A stretch of DNA of 63,580 nt, the filler included, from Calcarisporiella thermophila CBS 279.70 (Eukaryota > Fungi > Calcarisporiellomycota): NCBI RefSeq assembly GCF_041956535.1. It is 5 parts of 5 records of this genome, joined end to end, with 100 filler letters (N's around TTAATTAATTAA, not from the genome) between each part and the next. Parts side by side here need not be neighbours in the genome. Positions count along the whole stretch, not along the records: positions 25,073 to 56,429 come from NW_027192230.1; 4 more parts are not named here. One strand, given 5' to 3'. The position numbers were made by a program, and so were the translations under genes. The notes under the pieces were generated by a model. That model was not told the origin of the DNA. It searched no databases and saw only the letters and a list, made by a program, of their open reading frames with translations. This document shows positions 38,141-51,900 of this stretch, in pieces. Numbering within the stretch: the stretch's first letter is position 1; every line of letters begins with the position of its first letter.

Positions 38141-41100
38141 ATGGCACATTATAACCACGACGCGCCACTTCCAGAACCTCCGGGCGTGCCTGTGGATCAG
38201 CAATATCAGCGTGTTCTCCAGGAGAGGTTACGAGAGCTTTTAAACTGGAAACACGATAGGTAAATATAATTTCGCTACGTGGCTTTTGTTAAAGTACATT
38301 ACTTTACGTTATTTTTATCGATAATAGTTTTCCAGGATCACAACCTGTCAGTTTCGACCATTCTCATTTACAACTCCTCGAAACGGAGGACTATTTTGTG
38401 TGTGAAAAAAGTGATGGAATCCGCTACCTTATGTTTATGCACAACACCGCAAAGGGTCCAGCTACATTCTTAGTATGATATCTTATTTGAATTTATCCAG
38501 CGTCATATGCTTACTTGTAAATATTTTTTACAGATCGATCGAAAGAATTCAGTGCGATATGTAAAGCATCCAATGTTCCCAGTAAAAGATCATCCAGGAA
38601 AGTACCAAAATGATACACTTGTAGATGGAGAGTTAGTCTTAGATGTACAGAATGAGAAGGTAATAGTATTACAACTTTTGATCAGATAATGCAGAAGATA
38701 ATTTTTTTTTTAATTTTAGAGGATGACACGCTTTTTGGTATTTGACTTAATGGTTATTAATGGGGTGAATGTAACGCAGCGGTCGTTCAGTACGCGATTA
38801 GGGGTATGTTTTTATATTTAACTCACAATCTTCTAAAAGACTATAGCTTAATTTTTAATTATAGATGGTACAACAAGATGTTATTCAACCATTGCATTCT
38901 GCACTGAAAAAAAATCCAGAAATTGCCCAAAAGCAGGCCTTTTCGTAAGTGTATTCAACTTGCTCGTGATCTACTCTAAATTTTTTTGCAAACTCATTTT
39001 GATATATAGTGTGGATCTAAAACGGATGGAGCGATCTTATGGTCTCAAGCTAGTTTTTGATCAAATACGACATTTAAAACACGGAAATGATGGATTAATT
39101 TTTACACCCGTTAAACGCCCATATCAGCCTGGGACCTGTCAAAAACTGTAAATTACTACTATGCAATTTTTTCCAATATGTAGATAGTTATTCTATATTC
39201 TATTTACTCCAGGTTAAAATGGAAGCCTGCAGATCAAAACACGGTTGATTTTAGAATACAAGTGCAACACACTAAAGAGCGCAAGCCCTATTACATTTTG
39301 CAAGTTGCACATAATGGGAATCACAAGTTCTATGACCATTTGCAATTGGAACCGGAAATTGCAGAAAAGTATGTTGTCGCTTGAAATCAAACCATTTCAT
39401 GTTATTTATGTTAACATTCACGTAGGTGGCGCCATAGTGCAACTAGTCCTGACGGACGTGTTGGTGAATTTTGGTATGATCCAAAATGGCCTACGACAAT
39501 TATTGATCCTGGATATGCTCCCACAATACGCAAAGGTGGATGGCGTTTTTTACGATTTCGTGACGATAAAGAAACGGCAAACGACGAAGCAGTGGTGAGA
39601 AACATCATGAGGAGCATTGAAGACGCTGTATCAAGAGAAGAGGTATATAGCTTCATATTTTAGAAATGCTATTGGTATTTACTAATATAATCATTAAAAT
39701 GAAATTTAGCTTGAGGCTTTTTGCGACCAAATTAGATCAGCATGGAAGGCACGAGAAAAACCGGGTGGTGGTCCACCTCTGAGATCTTCATTATCATTTA
39801 AAAGGTAAACAAACGCATACTTTACATAGTCAGTTCGTGCACATAACATATACATACCTTAAAATTATAGCAAATTTCCTGATGCGACCGGACCTATTGA
39901 TCAAGGCAAGTCATTTATGACCCCTTCGATTTCACCATTCATACCTTCCCCTTCTTCGACGAACCAGACAAGTGGGTCATACTTTCAGCGAGAAAGCTCA
40001 TCCGGTCCTGTTTCCATTTCACCTACAACGATGCAACACCATATAACATCACCAGTGCTTCCTACTCCTGAATCTGCTGCCATGCGTACAGGAGAAGTTC
40101 CATCTCCTCGCCGTCGCAGCTCTGGAGAAATTTCGACGGTGCCAATATCCGTACAAGCTGGACAAGCAGACCATTCTCCAGAAACTTCAGCGATGGTCGC
40201 ACCAGGATTTCGTGGAAGCGTAGGTACTCCTGATCAGCAACTAATATCTCCAGCGGATGCGGATAAATCTTGCACTTTCCATTCTCCAACTATCTCCGAA
40301 TTTGGATATACGTACGAAGATAAACATCGCCGATCATCAAGTGATTCACATGCAATCAGTGCTACGACTCCCAGCGCATCTCAAGCCCTCAAATCGTCTG
40401 CTGCAACACACGCGAACGGTTTTTCGCGCTTCCCACAACCTCGAATGCCGGTCACTAAGCAGCACAGACGAAGTTCCAGTGACGCATCTGCTCATTCTGC
40501 AAGCACTTCCGGACCAGTGTCGGATCGAAGACACTCTGAAGACGGTTTGAGTGCGAACAAAGATCTCGCGATGACAAGTACAAAAGAAGACGATGAAGAG
40601 AATAATGCAGAGAAATTGAAACGCTCAGTTGTACAGGAGCGACATGCATCATGGCCATCTGCACCCCAACACTTGCTTAAACGAAAAGGCACAGCAAGTC
40701 CTACTATGCCAACCCACTTGGCATCCTCATTGTCGTTAGCATCTAAACTGGCCTCTCCGGAGACAGATTCCAACCAGCCTTCTAGATCTGGATCATCAAT
40801 ATATCGTAGCATATTTTACCCACCTACTTCGAAACGGCAAAAGCTAGATGATGCTTCACCTGAAACCAGCCAAACTCATTCAGTCCACCAAACTCCTGTA
40901 ATGTCTTCAAATGGAGACGATTGCAGAAGCCGTTTTGATGGCCAGGATGAAGGTGCTTCTTCCAAGTATACCACCCCAAGCGACAGTCCTGCTATGGTAT
41001 CATCTATGGAATATGGAATCCATCAGCAAAACGATAGGCCAACTCAATCCAGCTCCAGTAAGCTCCTTAATATGACACAGAATTCGACTTTCGAAGAAGG

Positions 41101-42673
41101 AAATTCCATTCATTCGGGAGAGAGTAAAAACGAGGGGTATTCTTTAGTTGATACGTCTGAAAACGTTTCTCAAGCCCATCGGCATATTGCCCCTTTTACA
41201 ACATCACTTCATGTTAAAATTCCTTCGGTTGAAGACCGGGGAACTTCACGTATTCTTACATCAGGTATTACCCCTTCAGTTAGCTCCTCCTCTCTTAGTG
41301 AACGACAAGAAACAAGACAACACCCTCTGTTTGAAGATGGACAACCCTCTGTTAATCCTTCGTCGCATAAACAATCACGCCGTATATCAGCTGAATTCTC
41401 TGCATACGATCGACCAACAGGCGTGGTTCAACAGAACCAACGCTCACCACTTACAGAGGAAAACACTCCACTGCGGCGTTCATCAACACAAGGCAGAGAG
41501 CACCCGATACCAGAGCATAAAGGTGCTGGTTCAATTGATCGCATTCTTATAGGTGATAGTAGTGGTCATAATATTGGAGTAGCAGCGGAGTATGCGCCAA
41601 CCTCTTCGCCTAAACTACTGCAATCACCCCAGCCCTCACGACTATCTTCAATTACCCATGGGCACATGATAAAATCACCGCTGATAGGAAGTGTATGTGG
41701 TGAAGAGTTAGAGATTGGGGGTGCATACAGGGAACATCAACCTAATTACGGAGAGACATTTCAGCCACAGCAACAGCGGATGGACCAGCAGCAGCAGCCA
41801 GTGATGATGCATGCAAAACCGTTAGCGGACATGCACCATCATCATTTTCCACATCCCTCAATTGTGTCGCATCACCACCATCACTCACAACCTGGTAACA
41901 AGGCTTCTCTTCACCATCACCACCACCATTCTCCGCATTCACATCAGCAGATTACTCCTCTGCAGCATCATCTACATCAACACCAGCATCACCACCATCA
42001 TCATCCGCATACTCACTCGCATGCTGTGTCTCCAACTGCCCAATCTTCACAACCACAACAGCATGCCATTTCTCCGCGAGTGGTATCTCCCGCAACGAGC
42101 CATGATTCTCCAACCCAGTCCCACATTACTCCGCCAAATCAGTACAGTGCTCCTGCATATTCTTCAATAGCTTGTCAATCAGATTATGCCCAGCCTCCCT
42201 TTTATGTCGGGGAGAAAGAAGTGGCCGTTTCTCACATGCATCAGCCAACCACTCACACCCCTCTCTACGCTGGGAGAGTTATTGGAGCATCTTCTGCTGC
42301 CGCAAACCCTGCTAGTACCGGTGGAAATGGTAGATACATGGCAAATTTGCCCTCTTCACACCACATTAGTACGCCCTACCCGCCTCCCACAATACCTGAA
42401 GGTGGGAGATCATCAAAGCCTGAAATACCATTCTACCGTACACCTCATCCACCCAACGCTAATGCTCAAGAATCTAAGATGATTATGCAATCGCATTTAT
42501 ATCCGACGCAAAGGCCGTTGGTAGCTGCAGCACCACCTGCTTCCTCTCAATCAATGGCACCGGCTGGTGGTGAGGGAACAAAACGTCGATCGAAGGCAAT
42601 GCTTGATTTTATATTGAACGGTACACCAATGGATCAGGAATTGAAGCAAGGCAAGATAATGGATTGGGACTAA
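38141..42673 (+). CDS. CEG1: mRNA capping guanylyltransferase with a long disordered C-terminal extension
   Basis: FPGSQPVSF, catalytic CEKSDGIRY, LVDGELV, FDLM, DGLIFTP, LKWKP..NTVDF, RFRDDK..AN, IRSAWKARE; last intron 39805-39870 splices in frame to ORF 39917-42673. Confidence 0.88.
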
Positions 42674-43244
42674 ATATAAAATATTAACTGTGTATTAGCT
42701 TCGTTTAGAGGGGAATGAACTTCTAATTTAAATATATATTTCCATTTTTAGCGTGTGTTATTTTCCTTTTCTTCTTTATTCTAATGCATTTCTTTTTATT
42801 TTTCTTACCTGTGTACTGTGTGTTAATTGTGTTTTCCTTTGTGTTTGATTTTATTTCTTCTGTTTTTAGGCTTTGTTTCGCTTTATATTTCCCTCTATTT
42901 CGCTTGAAAAAGATATTCGAGAATAACTCCAGTTTGTTTATTTCCTAATTTTGTAGTGACATTTAACCAGCAAACGTTCTTTGTATCAAACAAGTAGGGT
43001 GTAGTCGCTGAAATATTTCGAGAAAAACAAACAACAAGGTGAATATTGGAGTTAAGGGCATATAATGGGTTCTTGAAATGATGTAGGTTAAATATCCATC
43101 ATAGTTTTAATTTTTCAATGCCTGAAAAGTAAACTCAAAATCAGATGCAATCTATTCAGTTAATTAGATTTTAAGGTTTCCTGATTTGGCGGCGCAGCAT
43201 GTTCTCCATAAAATGCTCCGGACCATTATTCGAGTTTGAGTGCA

Positions 43245-43949
43245 ATGAGTGTGTCGTTGGCCGAAACATTTAGGCAGTATCGTGAGCGAGAAGAACATTG
43301 GTTCAGTTCGCTCACTACAGAGCAGCATTGTGCCCTAACTGCTAATGGTTCGCTTACAATTAATGACCGATTCCTTTACGGAGAAATCTGTTTCCTTTTA
43401 TGCGGACTCAAGCCATGCGTGCTGATTGACTTTGGTTCTGCATCGGCAGACTATATTACACGCGTTGCCATCCCTCTGCTTCAACCATTAGGTGGTTTTC
43501 TGATAAAAAAAATAGATCATGTCTTACAAAGTCCCGAATTTTCTTTTCAGGGTTGTTGGGTAATAGCTCGTGAGGAAGATGAAAGATTTAATAGAGTGAA
43601 GCATATTTTTTTTAACTCTGAGAGTGATGGGAGAGTAACTGACGCAGAAGTTGGAGAAATCTTGGATTATCCTGGTCATTTGCCTGAATCAGAAGAGGAT
43701 AGCATATGCGAAATTGCATATTTTGATATAACAGACGGGTATTAGTTATAATTGTATATGAGTGCGAATTCAATTGACCAAAATAATTGTAAATATAGAA
43801 ATGTACCCCGACTGGTCACTGCATTTATCGCACTTGGACGAGAACTGAGCAAAGTACAACAGCATTTTAATCACTACCGCTCCACAGTTAATTACCAGCT
43901 TGGGATGAAACTCAAGTTGTCTATTCGTTCTCCATACTTTCAAGAATAA
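43245..43949 (+). CDS. Uncharacterised protein, DUF4504/C1orf74-like, 2 exons
   Basis: GEICFLLCGLKPCVLIDF and VGEILDYP resemble recalled DUF4504 motifs; intron ~43739-43798. Confidence 0.6.
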
Positions 43950-44100
43950 AATTTTCTTATACCTTTCTTATGTCCCTCGGGATCTGTCGGAAAAAGGCGC
44001 GTGGTCGAAAATTTAGAAAATATCAAGTGTGGAGACTTTTTTAAAACAACGGACAAACTTCATAGATTAGGACTATTGGAAAAAATTCTCTACTAACACC

Positions 44101-45766
44101 ATGACCTTTAGTAAGTATTGACCAAAAAGACACTCCTATGTATACAATTTAACTTATGTTCTTTTGTTATACTGCAAATCTGATCAGATTTGAGGATAGC
44201 TTGTGTGGTAAGTAAATCACAAAGCTCTTATAATTATTGATATTAAGTATTCTCTTCTCTTCGCAAAGATGGTTGGACTTCCAGCCCGTGGAAAAACATA
44301 CACAGCGCAAAAAGGTTCTAATATTGTGTATAGTTGAAATCAGAACAAGCTTTAAACAGTTCAAATGTTTCATTTGTAGTTTGCCGATACTTGCAGTGGA
44401 TGGGAATTGCGTGCAAAGTCTTTAATGTTGGAAATTACAGACGACGCTTACACGGTGCTGGGCAATTGCACCACTTCTTCGACCCATCCAATTCTGAAGG
44501 TGAGATTTCTCGCCTTGAAGCTGCCCGTGCTGCCTTAGAGGACATGTTACGTTGGTTCGATCGTGAAAACGGCGTGGTTGCTCTCTATGATGCAACTAAC
44601 TCTACACGCGAACGCCGCCGCATGCTACTTGAAGAATGTGAACGACGGGGAGTGCAAGTAATGTTTATAGAGTCTGTGTGTGACGACGACAAGCTTGTGC
44701 TTGAGAATATCCGTGATGTTAAAGTTTCGTCGCCAGATTATCTCTCCATGGATCCCGAGCGTGCTGCTGCAGACTTTCGTGAACGAATCCGACACTATGA
44801 AGACGTTTATGAAACAATTACAGAAAATGAATTAACTTATATTAAACTCATAAATGTTGGTCATCGAGTCATAATTAACCGGATTCAGGGCTATTTACAA
44901 AGTAGAATCGTATATTTTTTAATGAATGTTCATATCGCACCAAGAAATATATTTTTTTCACGAGTAAGTAATTTATCAGCTGGACATTAGGATAAAAAGT
45001 GTTATATCTCTCTATTTTTTTTCTTTTTATTAGCATGGCGAGTCAGTTTATAATGTCGAAGGAAAAATTGGAGGAGATTCCGATCTCTCACCGCGAGGAC
45101 AGCTCTACGCTAAGGCAATTCCAAAGCTTATTGAGCAACATTTTTCTGGAACAAACTTAAAAGTCTGGACTTCGACTATGCGCCGGACTGTTCAAACGGG
45201 GCAGTATCTCCCTTACCCAAAATTACAGTGGAAGGCGCTTGATGAATTGGATGCTGGTGTATGTGATGGGATGACGTATGAGGAAATTGCTGAAAAATAT
45301 CCTGATGATTATGCGAATCGCGACGAAGATAAGTTCAACTATCGTTATCGTGGTGGTGAATCGTACAAGGATGTTGTCCATCGACTAGAACCTGTTATTA
45401 TGGAACTGGTAATATGACCAAATATACGCGAGATAACCACGTATTATTGAACATACTCACTATGTAAATTAGGAACGTCAAAGCAATATTCTTATCATAG
45501 GTCACCAGGCAATATTGCGGTGTATCTACGCTTATTTCCTCAATCTTTCTCATGAAGAGCTACCCTATGTCAAGATTCCGTTGCATACCGTCATTAAAAT
45601 CACTCCTCGGGCATATGGCTGCGATGAACAGCGATACCGTGCAGATATAGAGGCTGTAGATACTTATCGCCCCAAACCAACAAAATCTTCGCGGTCTAAC
45701 ACTCCAAGCACATTACCACCTTCGCTACAGGGTATAAGCACAGCTAATGGTAGTAGCGATGCTTAA
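44101..45766 (+). CDS. Bifunctional 6-phosphofructo-2-kinase/fructose-2,6-bisphosphatase
   Basis: MVGLPARGKT, FNVGNYRR, YDATNST, FIESVC, SRHGES, ELDAGVCDG, YRYRGGESY, GHQAILRC. Confidence 0.93.
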
Positions 45767-46004
45767 TTTTTTGATTTGCTTGTATTTTTAAATGTATCTG
45801 TTCCAGAACATTTTTTCCCCTTCTAGTCTCTTATAAACATTTCACATTTTGTATAGAAAATAAAAAAGATTTTCTCTTTTTCTGAATTTAATAGAAAATA
45901 TAAAAAAAATGCAGATATCTGCAATTATATTAAATAGTAAATAATTAATTGCAAAAGGTAGTATTATATGATTAGATATTCTTGCACTAACATACTATTA
46001 CATA

Positions 46005-48667
46005 TTATTCAGACTTAAGCACAGCTTCCCACCCTGCTAACACCGCGTGCAATTTTCCTGTGGCAATTACTGTTAATTCTAACCAACCGCCCTTTACATA
46101 TACAGTCAGAGATGATGTGTATATACGCCGCTGAGGAGAATTTTTGATTACATCCACCGAAACTGTTTCTTGACCAACACGTACATTCATTGGCCTCTCT
46201 CCTACGAGAGTAGTGGCATTGGGCTCGAAGAAATATAATTTCAATGAATAGTTTCCGTCAAGTACAGGTACACGGTATGAGAACTTGCTGCCTCGGTGAT
46301 AAGTGGAATAAATCTCAGGATATTTGAGCGTGCCATTATTAGGAGGAAATTGCGCCGGGAGAGTGATATTCGAAGTACCACCTTGCACATAATGGTCGGT
46401 ATCCCAGAACACCTTCTGGCCATCTTTACTAAGCATCATGGTCGAACGTGCTCCGGAATTTATTCGAAAGTGTGGATGAAAAGTCCATACTACTTTATCG
46501 CTCACGGCGCCTTCTCCCTTCACTTGAATCTCGTTTTCACCCCGATTCAATTCAACTTCTTCAAATATTAACGTTCGAGTATCTGCAGGAACTGCGACGC
46601 TATCAGCCTTTTTCTCTCCATTCAGGAAAAGGGATACTGTTTCAAGATTTGTGTAAATTTTGACTTTCGTGTTTGGCAGGTGTCGATACTGGAAGCGACG
46701 ATTAGCAATATAAATAAAAGGTTTTTTTGTCCACTGTGCTTTGTAGAAAAAGAAGGCATCTTTGCGTATCTTCCGATCGTAGGTAACTATGCCCTTGTCA
46801 TTCCGCCTAAATGAAAGCGTAAGTTATATTGAATTATTTGACCTTGTAGTCCTACTCACCCATCAGTTTCTCCTTCGTCACGCCCTGAGACTCCAAAATC
46901 AAAAAGGTTCCAGATAAATTTGCCCCATATAAATTTGCGAGTTCTCATTGCAGCCCAGTTATTCTCGTGTACAAGGGCCTGCCAACTTTCTGGGTGGTAG
47001 TAACCAGTTGTTTCGGGGTGCTGCTCACTATCATATCCATGATGGTTTGCGGATGCACCTGCACCATATTCCGAAACAGCAATGCGATATTGTGGCTTTT
47101 TCATGTGAAGCTCCGTCGCCCATGGTCCTAAACCTGAGCCATCCTCTTTTATATACCATCCAAAGTACTTATTATAAGCATGAACATCCGTGAGCTCGAC
47201 AATTGGATCATCGTCTGGGCGACAGCAATGTGCCATCGTTGAAAATCGTGATGGATCTTCCTCATGCACCAATATCGCTAGCTGTTGCATAATATCCGTA
47301 GCATTGGTTGTTAAGCGAGGTTCATTCGCAACGGACCAGAAAAATACGCATGGGTGATTATAATTTTGCCTGATCAACTCACGCAATTGCTGTATCGCAT
47401 TTTCGTTGAAGCCTGTGGCCTCGGTTACAAGATTAATAAGCGGGATCTCAGCCCAAACAATAGCGCCACGGCGATCTAATAAATCATATGTTATTTGAGC
47501 ATGCTGGTAATGCGCTAGACGAACACCTGTGCTTCCAATCTAACGAGTTTAAAGAAAATAAATATTGATTGAAATTAAATCAATACCTATATTAATTACC
47601 TCCATTGCAATATCTACATCTTCTTCATGGTCCTCATTCGAAATTGCCCAACCTTTATCAAGTCTATCCTGATGAAAATTAACCCCATATACATTCAAAT
47701 ATCTCCCGTTGAGGAAAAATCCCTCTTCAGCATCGATCGAAAATGAGCGAAAACCTAGAGGCTGTGTTATACTGTCGACAACTGTTCCGTCAGATAGAAC
47801 GAGCTCTACTCGAAACTGGTAGAGGTATGGATCTTGGATTCCGTTCCATAGGTGAGGATTTTGCACAACAGTCTTGATATTGGATTGAATCTGTTCTCGA
47901 GGGGGAACGTGAAATGTCGGAGAATCGAACTGTGCAAATATCTTTCCATTCAATTCTAAGACATTAACGCGTATTTGTGCTGACTTTACTAAATTCATAT
48001 CGTTTTCTACTCGCGCAATTATGGTCAACTCTGCGGAGTGTTCCGTAACATCACTGGCAGTTGCATAAACACCTGGGCCACCATAATCACGTAATGCAAA
48101 ATGAAGAGAATTAGCAATTACCATTTCTACATCCCGATAGAGACCGCCGAAAAAGGTGAAATCAGCTTTCAGTGGAGGTATGTCAGGGTTGATTGTATTG
48201 TCTACGCGAACCGCTACGAAATTCTCCTTCTCTCTGTGAAGTGCTTTTGTTGCGTCAAATCTGAATGCCGCAAATCCCCCACGATGTTGACCCAGGTGTT
48301 GACCATTAACATACACATCAGTTATAGAATTACTACCGCTGAAATGGAGGTAATAGACAAGATTTTCGCCTTTATCGTCACCCAAAAAATTAGACAAATC
48401 AAGTACGCGCCTATACCATCCTGGGCCTTTGTAATATCCCGACCCCAATCCTCGCTCTCCATCTAGTGTGTTCCATGTGTGTGGTAGCGTGACGGATTCC
48501 CATGTGTTGTTTTCACGGAAACTGACTCTCTCGGCTCCTACTACATCCTCACGAATAAATTTCCACTCTCCATTTAAATTGAATCGAGAACGTTCTTGAG
48601 AGTCGATCAATGTGAAATTTGCTATTCCTGTAATAATGAATACGTAGAAATAATTAACAATTTTCAT
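46005..48667 (-). CDS. Secreted GH2 beta-galactosidase-like glycosidase with C-terminal malectin domain, 3 exons
   Basis: Signal peptide; LPHTWN, FGGLYRDV, GVNFHQD, RLAHYQH, WSVANE (acid/base), SEYG (nucleophile), WNLFDF; malectin-like RINSG..IYSTY..YSLKLYFFE..GER.MNV. Confidence 0.9.
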
Positions 48668-48980
48668 CTCGCATATATTTTCATAGTGGAAAGGATACGC
48701 GCAACATGCTAATTTTGCTTATCTGAAGGATATATTATATTACGCACAAACTTATTTTCAGGAAGGATACACGGCTCTTACCAAGAAAGGAAAAATGTGT
48801 TAATAAATAATTAATAAAATCACATTTGGCGCGGGAAAACAAGAAACCAATAATACAAACAAACTAGAGATATCAATAATTTAATGACAATATTGGCCCG
48901 TAGCAGGGTTTCGAGAGGGAGTTAATATGTAAGTCAATAGGATTTACATGTAAGCTTATAATACCAAATACACTTAGCAA

Positions 48981-51900
48981 TCAGCGAGTTGACTCAATAA
49001 TCTTTAAAGCGTCCTCAATCTCATGTGGAACGCGCTCTGCTTCTCTGCACCACACCACTACATCGTGTACTAATGGGTCGACCCGGCCATTCGATAGTAG
49101 CAAGATAGCTCGAGCAGCCTGATTCTGCAACAAGGGATTAACTAAAAAAGGGTATAGATACATTAGGTTTATAGAGTTGTCACAAATATTAAATAGATTC
49201 ATCGTATTTTACCAGCAGGATTAAGGCATTTTTTTATTCGCTCTCTCATTTCTTGCACACCTATTTTACTCACCTCCTCCATCAGAGCATTTCGCCCTAT
49301 TGAACCCAGCAGTTCAATACACATCATTGCTAGCGATAATTCACTCTCCTCTTCATCTATCAGCCGATACAACACTTTACATATCACCTCATCATATATT
49401 TTATCCCAATCACCAGTGTAGAATGTGCCAAGCTCAATCGATTTTATCATACAGAAGCAATAATCATTCATAGAAGCTATTGAACACATGATAGTAAAAA
49501 AAAAAATATTTAAGTTGCTCTTATTGATATAGATTTCTGTTATAGACAAAATATTACCTTCAGACCCATGATTTCTGAGCATCTCTCGGAACTCTCTTGA
49601 TCTCAATATCTCCACTGTAGATTCAATTGCCTCGTCAAGAAACGGAGCAAGATTGAGATCATCCCAGTGGCACAACGATTCAAGCGTGTTCTGAAGTGGA
49701 CGAGACTATTGAACATTAGTATTAAAACCACGTTAGATTAGATATTGACAATCGTCACGGAAGATGCGCTAAAACACCTACGTAGTCACTGTCAGGGAAC
49801 TCATACAAACATAATCCAGCTACTATCGCGTATAACATTTGAAACATTAATGCACTTCCATTCAGTTGTGCTAACTCGAGGCTTTTTTGTGGCATTTCAA
49901 GCACGGGTGGCCATATCTGTGCCACGTTTTGCAGTATAGCAAGAGTGGCATCCCCTTCCACAGTTTCACGCAATAAATCGTAGACGAAAGTACGTGCCGG
50001 TTGAAGATCATTAGTAAGACGGCATAAGTTGACAAATGCACGGCACATACGACATGCTACAGGGATCTGAGCTGCTGTGATTTTGAGGAATATTGCTTCT
50101 GTAATCCAGGTATAAAAGCGCTCTAAGAAGTTACTCTACATGAATTAAAACCAATAAAAAGATGTCAGGTAATTAAATAATATGTAAAAAAATAGGGTTA
50201 TTTACATTTTGATGCGTCCGTAGCAGGCCAACAAAGAATGCTATTATATTAGCTTCTACCTCAGGTCCACATATGGAAAATCTTGGAATAAGTGGTTCAT
50301 ATGAGTGAGCACGCATATCTTTATCACTGTCATTTATCTGCCACCCCGTTTCCATGCACATCCAAATTTCTTCCAAAGCTCGTAGCAACAAGTTTAATTT
50401 GGGGGTCCTGGTATATTCTGCAATGTCTTCGAGAGTCTCAAAAGTTTCGAGTGGAGAAGTCAATAGCTTAAATAAGTTGTCTCGAATAAACGCATAGCTA
50501 TCTATTGGCGTACTCGTTAGCGATCCAATCCGATTTTCAATTTTTGAGCTTTTCTGTTTTGCAACCATTGAAGAGCCACTGACTGTGTTCTCCTGTTTGC
50601 CTATTTTATTATCCTCAACTGAAGTCTTTTGTCTAGTACGTCTTGTCAATGATCCATCGGTTGATGTAGCAATCTTGCGTTTTCCACGAGAACCTTTATG
50701 CTTTTCATTGGTCGTGTGTTCAGTTATAATATCAGAAATTGTGGATGGGATAGCTTTTGGTTGTATTTCTATGAACGATGGCTTTATATTTGCAGTAAAT
50801 ACTGGCTTTTTCGTTGGCGATGTTAACGATTGTCTTCGAGTAGTTGCACGATTCGAAAGTTTAGCGTTCAAGTGATCGGGGCATTGGTCCTCATCAGGCA
50901 CAGGGTATTTTTCAAGATCAGTCTCGTTATTGAGCATTTTAAACGACGCATTCCTTACAGAATTAACTGGAGGAATATTAGGGATGGGGGCATGAGCGGG
51001 AGGAGACATAACAGCGATATCAGTTGAAGTGCAGGCATGTGGAGTAGTGTTCGATAAATTTGTGGGTGCACGAGGATGATCATTCAAAATTGGCTCTTGA
51101 AATGCCTGAAGAATAAAAAAAATAAGCCGAGCTTATTTTTATTTATTTACAATATTACTTACGTTTGCGCGTGATATACTCTTTGCTTCGCGTAAAGAGC
51201 TTCTTAATTTTTGGATGCAAACCTGTTGCTCTGTTGCAAGTTCTTGGAGTGCGATCTACAAAAAATAAATAATTTCTTAGTTTTGAGCTGGAAATACCAT
51301 ATAAATATCAGCCTACCTTTGCCTGAACAAGATTTTCATTCTCATTGCGAATATCTTCCAATTCTCCCAATAAAGCTTTTATCTGCCGTTGACTATGATC
51401 CGTTGAAGTATTAGTATTGGAGATATTTTCAATCCCAACTATGTGGTTTTTAGGGATATTGGCAGCGGGTTTTCTCAGCCCTTCGATTTCACCCTTAAGC
51501 CTCTGGATTTCACTCAAATACTCTTTTTCAAGTCGAATATGCTCTCTTTCATTGTCTACCGTAAATTTGGTTTGCTCTCGACACTGCTGCAATTCTCTAC
51601 GCAACTGAATTAACTCTCTATTCAACCTCTCCTTCTCCGAAGCCAAATCTGCATAAAGGCGTTGGTCGTTAATTTTATAAGTCTCGAGATCCTGCCTCAA
51701 CCGATTTGCCTCTTTCTCCCATTTGTCTGCTAGTCTTTTGCGGTGCTCAACTTCAGAATTTAGTTTGACGTATGCTTCTTCCATAGCCTGTGCTGATTCA
51801 GAAGGCTTTTGGTAGCTGCGAAGATCTAAATTTTCTTTCTCAAGCTCTGAAATTCGTCCACGTAAACGCAAAACTTCCTCTTGATATAACTCGAGACTGC

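Noticed and set aside
48690-48775. GTATCCTT words on the minus strand as U12 intron donors
   Set aside because: They lie upstream of the GH2 start codon with no matching branch site or exon context.
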